Of a stretch of 64,000 bases of DNA, positions 53,179 to 64,000 are shown piece after piece. The notes beneath the pieces were generated by a model. The model had not been told where the DNA came from and searched no databases. It was given only the letters and a program-made list of their open reading frames with translations. The position numbers and the translations under genes were made by a program. Every line of letters begins with the position of its first letter. Within the stretch, counting starts at the first letter, position 1. The stretch lies in the NCBI GenBank assembly GCA_964057225.1, contig OZ059900.1, positions 2,170,001 through 2,234,000 of the forward strand. The letters run 5' to 3'. This stretch comes from Auanema rhodensis (lineage: Eukaryota > Animalia > Nematoda).

Positions 53179-55263
53179 TTAACACCATATACTCACCGAT
53201 TTTTGGTACAAAATCTGTAATACTCGTAAATTTTGATCATATTCGGTGAGATTCGAGAATCAAACACACAATACACGAAATAAGTTTATTTTGACGAGTT
53301 TGCACTGGTATTTATTCATTTTGATCAAAAAAGGTCGAAAATAGAAAGAATTTTTGAATTTTCCGAGTTTTGAGTCCAATTGGGCTAAATCGCTCATATA
53401 TATGATCAAAAGCATAGTTTTACTGTCTATGATAACAAAAGTCTTCAAATATACACTAATAATGTGTAAATCACTGAATTTCACTCAAATAGCATTACTA
53501 CACTAAGTATGGTCGTTTTTATGCCTTTAACACCATATACTCACCGATTTTTGGTACAAAATCTGTAATACTTGTAAATTTTGATCATATTCGTTAAGAT
53601 TTGAGAATCGAACATACAATACACAAAATCAGTCTATTTTTATGAGCTTGCACTGATATATATTCATTTTGATCAAAAAAGGTCGAAAATAGAAAGAATT
53701 TTTGAAATTTCCGAGTTTTGAGTCTAATTTGGCTAAATCGCTCATATATATGATCAGAAGCATAGTTTTAATGTCTATGACAACAAAAATCATCAATTAA
53801 ACGCTAGTGATGTTTAAATACTGATTTTCGCTCAAATAGCATTACTACACTAAGTATGGTCGTTTTTATGCCTTTAACACCATATACTCACCGATTTTTG
53901 GTACAAAATCTGTAATACTCGTAAAATTTGATCATATTTGTTAAGATTTGAGAATCAAACACACAATACACAAAATCAGTCTATTTTTATGAGTTTACAC
54001 TGATATATATTCATTTTCATCAAAAAAGGTCGAAAATAGAAAGAATTTTTGAAATTTCCGAGTTTTGAGTCCAATTTGGCTAAATCGCTCATATATATGA
54101 TCAAAAGCATAGTGTTATTGTCTATAACAACAAAAGTCATCAATTAAACGCTAGTGATGTTTAAATACTGAATTTCGCTCAAATAGCATTACTACACTAA
54201 GTATGGTCGTTTTTATGCCTTTAACACCATATACTCACCGATTTTTGGTACAAAATCTGTAATACTCGTAAATTTTGATCATATTCGTTAAGATTTGAGA
54301 ATCAAACATACAATACACAAAATCAGTCTATTTTTATGAGCTTGCACTGATATATATTCATTTTGATCAAAAAAGGTCGAAAATAGAAAGAATTTTTGAA
54401 ATTTCCGAGTTTTGAGTCTAATTTGGCTAAATCGCTCATATATATGATCAAAAGAATAGTTTTATTGTCTATGACAACAAAAGTCATCAATTAAATGCTA
54501 GTGATGTTTAAATACTGAATTTTGCTCAAATAGCATTACTACACTAAGTATGGTCGTTTTTATGCCTTTAACACCATATACTCACCGATTTTTGGTACAA
54601 AATCTGTAATACTCGTAAATTTTGATCATATCCGGTGAGATTCGAGAATCAAACACACAATACACAAAATAAGTTTATTTTGACGAGTTTGCACTGGTAT
54701 TTATTCATTTTGATCAAAAAAGGTCGAAAATAGAAAGAATTTTTGAATTTTCCGAGTTTTGAGTCCAATTGGGCTAAATCGCTCATATATATGATCAAAA
54801 GCATAGTTTTACTGTCTATGATAACAAAAGTCTTCAAATATACACTAATAATGATCAAATCACTGAATTTCACTCAAATAGCATTACTACACTAAGTATG
54901 GTCGTTTTTATGCCTTTAACACCATATACTCACCGATTTTTGGTACAAAATCTGTGATACTCGTAAATTTTGATCATATTCGTTAAGATTTGAGAATCAA
55001 ACATACAATACACAAAATCAGTCTATTTTTATGAGCTTGCACTGATATATATTCATTTTGATCAAAAAAGGTCGAAAATAGAATGAATTTTTGAAATTTC
55101 CGAGTTTTGAGTCTAATTTGGCTAAATCGCTCATATATATGATCAAAAGCATAGTTTTACTGTCTATGATAACAAAAGTCTTCAAATATACACTATGAAT
55201 GATTAAATCACTGATTTTCAGTCAAATAGCATTACTACACTAAGTATGGTCGTTTTTATGCAT
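53179..55263 (+). repeat. Block with a dispersed copy at 61519-63951
   Basis: The private variants AAAGAATAGT, AATTTTGCTC, CTATGAATGA and ATGCATTT are shared by the two blocks at offset 8688. Confidence 0.88.
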
Positions 55264-58200
55264 TTAACACCATATACTCACCGATTTTTGGTACAAAATC
55301 TGTAATACTTGTAAATTTTGATCATATTTGTTAAGATTCGAGAATCAAACACATAATACACGAAATAAGTCTATTTTTACAAGTTTGCACTGATATTTAT
55401 TCATTTTGATCAAAAAAGGTCGAAAATAGAAAAAATTTTTGAAATTTCCGAGTTTTGAGTCCAATTTGGCTAAATCGCTCATATATAAGATCAAAAGCAT
55501 AGTTTTATTGTCTATAACAACAAAAGTCATCAATTAAACGCTAGTGATATTTAAATACTGATTTTTGCTCAAGTAGCATTACTACACTAAGTATGGTCGT
55601 TTTTATGCCTTTAACACCATATACTCACCGATTTTTGGTACAAAATCTGTAATACTTGTAAATTTTGATCATATTTGTTAAGATTCGAGAATCAAACACA
55701 TAATACACAAAATAAGTCTATTTTTACAAGTTTGCACTGATATTTATTCATTTTGATCAAAAAAGGTCGAAAATAGAAAGAATTTTTGAAATTTCCGAGT
55801 TTTGAGTCCAATTTGGCTAAATCGCTCATATATATGATCAAAAGCATAGTTTTATTGTCTATAACAACAAAAGTCATCAATTAAACGCTAGTGATGTTTA
55901 AATACTGAATTTCGCTCAAATAGCATTACTACACTAAGTATGGTCGTTTTTATGCCTTTAACACCATATACTCACCGATTTTTGGTACAAAATCTGTAAT
56001 ACTCGTAAATTTTGATCATATTCGTTAAGATTTGAGAATCAAACATACAATACACAAAATCAGTCTATTTTTATGAGCTTGCACTGATATATATTCATTT
56101 TGATCAAAAAAGGTCGAAAATAGAAAGAATTTTTGAAATTTCCGAGTTTTGAGTCTAATTTGGCTAAATCGCTCATATATATGATCAAAAGCATAGTTTT
56201 ATTGTCTATGACAACAAAAGTCATCAATTAAATGCTAGTGATGTTTAAATACTGAATTTCGCTCAAATAGCATTACTACACTAAGTATGGTCGTTTTTAT
56301 GCCTTTAACACCATATACTCACCGATTTTTGGTACAAAATCTGTAATACTCGTAAATTTTGATCATATTCGGTGAGATTCGAGAATCAAACACACAATAC
56401 ACGAAATAAGTTTATTTTGACGAGTTTGCACTGGTATTTATTCATTTTGATCAAAAAAGGTCGAAAATAGAAAGAATTTTTGAATTTTCCGAGTTTTGAG
56501 TCCAATTGGGCTAAATCGCTCATATATATGATCAAAAGCATAGTTTTACTGTCTATGATAACAAAAGTCTTCAAATATACACTAATAATGTGTAAATCAC
56601 TGAATTTCACTCAAATAGCTTTACTACACTAAGTATGGTCGTTTTTATGCCTTTAACACCATATACTCACCGATTTTTGGTACAAAATCTGTAATACTCG
56701 TAAATTTCGATCATATTCGTTAAGATTCGAGAATCAAACACACAATACACGAAATAAGTTTATTTTTACGAGTTTGCACTGATATTTATTCATTTTGATC
56801 AAAAAAGGTCGAAAATAGAAAGAATTTTTGAATTTTCCGAGTTTTGAGTCCAATTGGGCTAAATCGCTCATATATATGATCAAAAGCATAGTTTCACTGT
56901 CTATGATAACGAAAGTCTTCAAATATACACTAGTAATGATGAAATCACTGAATTTCACTCAAATAGCATTACTACACTAAGTATGGTCGTTTTTATGCCT
57001 TTAACACCATATACTCACCGATTTTTGGTACAAAATCTGTAATACTTGTAAATTTTGATCATATTTGTTAAGATTCGAGAATCAAACACATAATACACGA
57101 AATAAGTCTATTTTTACAAGTTTGCACTGATATTTATTCATTTTGATCAAAAAAGGTCGAAAATAGAAAGAATTTTTGAAATTTCCGAGTTTTGAGTCCA
57201 ATTTGGCTAAATCGCTCATATATATGATCAAAAGCATAGTGTTATTGTCTATAACAACAAAAGTCATCAATTAAACGCTAGTGATGTTTAAATACTGAAT
57301 TTCGCTCAAATAGCATTACTACACTAAGTATGGTCGTTTTTATGCCTTTAACACCATATACTCACCGATTTTTGGTACAAAATCTGTAATACTCGTAAAT
57401 TTTGATCATATTCGTTAAGATTTGAGAATCAAACATACAATACACAAAATCAGTCTATTTTTATGAGCTTGCACTGATATATATTCATTTTGATCAAAAA
57501 AGGTCGAAAATAGAAAGAATTTTTGAAATTTCCGAGTTTTGAGTCTAATTTGGCTAAATCGCTCATATATATGATCAAAAGCATAGTTTTATTGTCTATG
57601 ACAACAAAAGTCATCAATTAAATGCTAGTGATGTTTAAATACTGAATTTCGCTCAAATAGCATTACTACACTAAGTATGGTCGTTTTTATGCCTTTAACA
57701 CCATATACTCACCGATTTTTGGTACAAAATCTGTAATACTCGTAAATTTTGATCATATCCGGTGAGATTCGAGAATCAAACACACAATACACGAAATAAG
57801 TTTATTTTGACGAGTTTGCACTGGTATTTATTCATTTTGATCAAAAAAGGTCGAAAATAGAAAGAATTTTTGAATTTTCCGAGTTTTGAGTCCAATTGGG
57901 CTAAATCGCTCATATATATGATCAAAAGCATAGTTTTACTGTCTATGATAACAAAAGTCTTCAAATATACACTAATAATGTGTAAATCACTGAATTTCAC
58001 TCAAATAGCTTTACTACACTAAGTATGGTCGTTTTTATGCCTTTAACACCATATACTCACCGATTTTTGGTACAAAATCTGTAATACTCGTAAATTTCGA
58101 TCATATTCGTTAAGATTCGAGAATCAAACACACAATACACGAAATAAGTTTATTTTTACGAGTTTGCACTGATATTTATTCATTTTGATCAAAAAAGGTC

Positions 58201-61200
58201 GAAAATAGAAAGAATTTTTGAATTTTCCGAGTTTTGAGTCCAATTGGGCTAAATCGCTCATATATATGATCAAAAGCATAGTTTCACTGTCTATGATAAC
58301 AAAAGTCTTCAAATATACACTAGTAATGATTAAATCACTGAATTTCACTCAAATAGCATTACTACACTAAGTATGGTCGTTTTTATGCCTTTAACACCAT
58401 ATACTCACCGATTTTTGGTACAAAATCTGTAATACTTGTAAATTTTGATCATATTTGTTAAGATTCGAGAATCAAACACATAATACACGAAATAAGTCTA
58501 TTTTTACAAGTTTGCACTGATATTTATTCATTTTGATCAAAAAAAGGTCGAAAATAGAAAAATTTTTTGAAATTTCCGAGTTTTGAGTCCAATTTGGCTA
58601 AATCGCTCATATATAAGATCAAAAGCATAGTTTTATTGTCTATAACAACAAAAGTCATCAATTAAACGCTAGTGATATTTAAATACTGATTTTCGCTCAA
58701 GTAGCATTACTACACTAAGTATGGTCGTTTTTATGCCTTTAACACCATATACTCACCGATTTTTGGTACAAAATCTGTAATACTTGTAAATTTTGATCAT
58801 ATTCGTTAAGATTTGAGAATCGAACATACAATACACAAAATCAGTCTATTTTTATGAGCTTGCACTGATATATATTCATTTTGATCAAAAAAGGTCGAAA
58901 ATAGAAAGAATTTTTGAAATTTCCGAGTTTTGAGTCTAATTTGGCTAAATCGCTCATATATATGATCAGAAGCATAGTTTTAATGTCTATGACAACAAAA
59001 ATCATCAATTAAACGCTAGTGATGTTTAAATACTGATTTTCGCTCAAATAGCATTACTACAGTAAGTATGGTCGTTTTTATGCCTTTAACACCATATACT
59101 CACCGATTTTTGGTACAAAATCTGTAATACTCGTAAAATTTGATCATATTTGTTAAGATTTGAGAATCAAACACACAATACACGAAATAAGTTTATTTTG
59201 ACGAGTTTGCACTGGTATTTATTCATTTTGATCAAAAAAGGTCGAAAATAGAAAGAATTTTTGAATTTTCCGAGTTTTGAGTCCAATTGGGCTAAATCGC
59301 TCATATATATGATCAAAAGCATAGTTTTACTGTCTATGATAACAAAAGTCATCAATTAAACGCTAGTGATGTTTAAATACTGAATTTCGCTCAAATAGCA
59401 TTACTACACTAAGTATGGTCGTTTTTATGCCTTTAACACCATATACTCACCGATTTTTGGTACAAAATCTGTAATACTCGTAAATTTTGATCATATTCGT
59501 TAAGATTTGAGAATCAAACATACAATACACAAAATCAGTCTATTTTTATGAGCTTGCACTGATATATATTCATTTTGATCAAAAAAGGTCGAAAATAGAA
59601 AGAATTTTTGAAATTTCCGAGTTTTGAGTCTAATTTGGCTAAATCGCTCATATATATGATCAGAAGCATAGTTTTATTGTCTATGACAACAAAAGTCATT
59701 AGTTAAACACTAATGATGTTTAAATCACTAAATTTCGCTCAAATAGCATTACTACACTAAGTATGGTCGTTTTTATGCCTTTAACACCATATACTCACCG
59801 ATTTTTGGTACAAAATCTGTAATACTTGTAAATTTTGATCATATTCGTTAAGATTCGAGAATCAAACACATAATACACGAAATAAGTCTATTTTTATGAG
59901 TTTGCACTGATATTTATTCATTTTGATCAAAAAAGGTCGAAAATAGAAAGAATTTTTGAATTTTCCGAGTTTTGAGTCCAATTGGGCTAAATCGCTCATA
60001 TATATGATCAAAAGCATAGTTTCACTGTCTATGATAACAAAAGTCTTCAAATATACACTAGTAATGATTAAATCACTGAATTTCACTCAAATAGCATTAC
60101 TACACTAAGTATGGTCGTTTTTATGCCTTTAACACCATATACTCACCGATTTTTGGTACAAAATCTGTAATACTTGTAAATTTTGATCATATTTGTTAAG
60201 ATTCGAGAATCAAACACATAATACACGAAATAAGTCTATTTTTACAAGTTTGCACTGATATTTATTCATTTTGATCAAAAAAAGGTCGAAAATAGAAAAA
60301 TTTTTTGAAATTTCCGAGTTTTGAGTCCAATTTGGCTAAATCGCTCATATATAAGATCAAAAGCATAGTTTTATTGTCTATAACAACAAAAGTCATCAAT
60401 TAAACGCTAGTGATATTTAAATACTGATTTTCGCTCAAGTAGCATTACTACACTAAGTATGGTCGTTTTTATGCCTTTAACACCATATACTCACCGATTT
60501 TTGGTACAAAATCTGTAATACTTGTAAATTTTGATCATATTCGTTAAGATTTGAGAATCGAACATACAATACACAAAATCAGTCTATTTTTATGAGCTTG
60601 CACTGATATATATTCATTTTGATCAAAAAAGGTCGAAAATAGAAAGAATTTTTGAAATTTCCGAGTTTTGAGTCTAATTTGGCTAAATCGCTCATATATA
60701 TGATCAGAAGCATAGTTTTAATGTCTATGACAACAAAAATCATCAATTAAACGCTAGTGATGTTTAAATACTGATTTTCGCTCAAATAGCATTACTACAC
60801 TAAGTATGGTCGTTTTTATGCCTTTAACACCATATACTCACCGATTTTTGGTACAAAATCTGTAATACTCGTAAAATTTGATCATATTTGTTAAGATTTG
60901 AGAATCAAACACACAATACACAAAATCAGTCTATTTTTATGAGTTTACACTGATATATATTCATTTTCATCAAAAAAGGTCGAAAATAGAAAGAATTTTT
61001 GAATTTTCCGAGTTTTGAGTCGAATTGGGCTAAATCGCTCATATAAATGATCAAAAGCATAGTTTTACTGTCTATGATAACAAAAGTCTTCAAATATACA
61101 CTAATAATGATTAAATCACTGAATTTCACTCAAATAGCATTACTACACTAAGTATGGTCGTTTTTATGCCTTTAACACCATATACTCACCGATTTTTGGT

Positions 61201-64000
61201 ACAAAATCTGTAATACTTGTAAATTTTGATCATATTTGTTAAGATTCGAGAATCAAACACATAATACACAAAATAAGTCTATTTTTACAAGTTTGCACTG
61301 ATATTTATTCATTTTGATCAAAAAAGGTCGAAAATAGAAAGAATTTTTGAAATTTCCGAGTTTTGAGTCCAATTTGGCTAAATCGCTCATATATATGATC
61401 AAAAGCATAGTTTTATTGTCTATAACAACAAAAGTCATCAATTAAACGCTAGTGATGTTTAAATACTGAATTTCGCTCAAATAGCATTACTACACTAAGT
61501 ATGGTCGTTTTTATGCCTTTAACACCATATACTCACCGATTTTTGGTACAAAATCTGTAATACTCGTAAATTTTGATCATATTCGGTGAGATTCGAGAAT
61601 CAAACACACAATACACGAAATAAGTTTATTTTGACGAGTTTGCACTGGTATTTATTCATTTTGATCAAAAAAGGTCGAAAATAGAAAGAATTTTTGAATT
61701 TTCCGAGTTTTGAGTCCAATTGGGCTAAATCGCTCATATATATGATCAAAAGCATAGTTTTACTGTCTATGATAACAAAAGTCTTCAAATATACACTAAT
61801 AATGTGTAAATCACTGAATTTCACTCAAATAGCATTACTACACTAAGTATGGTCGTTTTTATGCCTTTAACACCATATACTCACCGATTTTTGGTACAAA
61901 ATCTGTAATACTTGTAAATTTTGATCATATTCGTTAAGATTTGAGAATCGAACATACAATACACAAAATCAGTCTATTTTTATGAGCTTGCACTGATATA
62001 TATTCATTTTGATCAAAAAAGGTCGAAAATAGAAAGAATTTTTGAAATTTCCGAGTTTTGAGTCTAATTTGGCTAAATCGCTCATATATATGATCAGAAG
62101 CATAGTTTTAATGTCTATGACAACAAAAATCATCAATTAAACGCTAGTGATGTTTAAATACTGATTTTCGCTCAAATAGCATTACTACACTAAGTATGGT
62201 CGTTTTTATGCCTTTAACACCATATACTCACCGATTTTTGGTACAAAATCTGTAATACTCGTAAAATTTGATCATATTTGTTAAGATTTGAGAATCAAAC
62301 ACACAATACACAAAATCAGTCTATTTTTATGAGTTTACACTGATATATATTCATTTTCATCAAAAAAGGTCGAAAATAGAAAGAATTTTTGAATTTTCCG
62401 AGTTTTGAGTCGAATTGGGCTAAATCGCTCATATATATGATCAAAAGCATAGTTTTACTGTCTATGATAACAAAAGTCTTCAAATATACACTAATAATGA
62501 TTAAATCACTGAATTTCACTCAAATAGCATTACTACACTAAGTATGGTCGTTTTTATGCCTTTAACACCATATACTCACCGATTTTTGGTACAAAATCTG
62601 TAATACTTGTAAATTTTGATCATATTTGTTAAGATTCGAGAATCAAACACATAATACACAAAATAAGTCTATTTTTACAAGTTTGCACTGATATTTATTC
62701 ATTTTGATCAAAAAAGGTCGAAAATAGAAAGAATTTTTGAAATTTCCGAGTTTTGAGTCCAATTTGGCTAAATCGCTCATATATATGATCAAAAGCATAG
62801 TGTTATTGTCTATAACAACAAAAGTCATCAATTAAACGCTAGTGATGTTTAAATACTGAATTTCGCTCAAATAGCATTACTACACTAAGTATGGTCGTTT
62901 TTATGCCTTTAACACCATATACTCACCGATTTTTGGTACAAAATCTGTAATACTCGTAAATTTTGATCATATTCGTTAAGATTTGAGAATCAAACATACA
63001 ATACACAAAATCAGTCTATTTTTATGAGCTTGCACTGATATATATTCATTTTGATCAAAAAAGGTCGAAAATAGAAAGAATTTTTGAAATTTCCGAGTTT
63101 TGAGTCTAATTTGGCTAAATCGCTCATATATATGATCAAAAGAATAGTTTTATTGTCTATGACAACAAAAGTCATCAATTAAATGCTAGTGATGTTTAAA
63201 TACTGAATTTTGCTCAAATAGCATTACTACACTAAGTATGGTCGTTTTTATGCCTTTAACACCATATACTCACCGATTTTTGGTACAAAATCTGTAATAC
63301 TCGTAAATTTTGATCATATCTGGTGAGATTCGAGAATCAAACACACAATACACAAAATAAGTTTATTTTGACGAGTTTGCACTGGTATTTATTCATTTTG
63401 ATCAAAAAAGGTCGAAAATAGAAAGAATTTTTGAATTTTCCGAGTTTTGAGTCCAATTGGGCTAAATCGCTCATATATATGATCAAAAGCATAGTTTTAC
63501 TGTCTATGATAACAAAAGTCTTCAAATATACACTAATAATGATCAAATCACTGAATTTCACTCAAATAGCATTACTACACTAAGTATGGTCGTTTTTATG
63601 CCTTTAACACCATATACTCACCGATTTTTGGTACAAAATCTGTGATACTCGTAAATTTCGATCATATTCGTTAAGATTTGAGAATCAAACATACAATACA
63701 CAAAATCAGTCTATTTTTATGAGCTTGCACTGATATATATTCATTTTGATCAAAAAAGGTCGAAAATAGAATGAATTTTTGAAATTTCCGAGTTTTGAGT
63801 CTAATTTGGCTAAATCGCTCATATATATGATCAAAAGCATAGTTTTACTGTCTATGATAACAAAAGTCTTCAAATATACACTATGAATGATTAAATCACT
63901 GATTTTCAGTCAAATAGCATTACTACACTAAGTATGGTCGTTTTTATGCATTTAACACCATATACTCACCGATTTTTGGTACAAAATCTGTAATACTTGT

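Larger units (their letters stand above)
1..64000. repeat. AT-rich tandem satellite DNA array, 347-348-bp monomer, ~184 copies, probably (peri)centromeric or heterochromatic
   Basis: TTAACACCATATACTCACCG recurs at 1, 349, 697, ... 63952, a mean period of ~347.6 bp. All copies are in the same orientation and differ only at a limited set of recurrent sites. No non-repeat sequence was seen. The array call is direct; the centromeric role is inference. Confidence 0.99.

Noticed and set aside
82-63561. More than 100 near-identical 62-101 aa minus-strand ORFs (MKFSDLIIISVYLKTF...) as a tandem gene family
   Set aside because: They are a by-product of the repeat. Many monomers break the frame (stop from AATCAGTCT, A7 frameshift), most starts are non-ATG, the composition is that of AT-rich codons (F, I, K, L, N), most variants change amino acids, and I recognise no domain.
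1-64000. CRISPR array or cassette system (constant block plus variable region)
   Set aside because: The variable parts are homologous variants of one sequence rather than unique spacers. The 348-bp period is far too long, and no cas, integrase or reverse transcriptase genes are present.

Overview
The whole 64-kb window is one uninterrupted, head-to-tail, single-orientation satellite DNA array. It holds about 184 complete monomers of 347-348 bp (monomer 1 is about 28% GC by hand count) plus a 49-bp partial copy at the end. I see no credible protein-coding gene, RNA gene, transposon, CRISPR array or unique sequence. The ORF track is the same stop-free stretch read once per monomer. The interesting signal is structural. 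(1) The monomer looks like an ancient dimer of two diverged ~169/179-bp units. (2) It has a near-invariant ~72-bp block containing dyad symmetries. (3) Monomer variants are dominated by CpG/TpG/CpA changes at some sites, while other CpGs appear fixed. (4) Monomer variants are organised into unstable, nested higher-order repeats of 1, 2, 3, 4, 7, 8, 9, 10, 13, 14 and 15 monomers, with chimeric monomers at the junctions and long-range copies 8.7 and 22.2 kb apart. (5) One monomer near 59.7 kb carries a third haplotype. The overall picture fits a young, actively homogenised eukaryotic centromeric or pericentromeric satellite. I cannot identify the organism or prove function from sequence alone.
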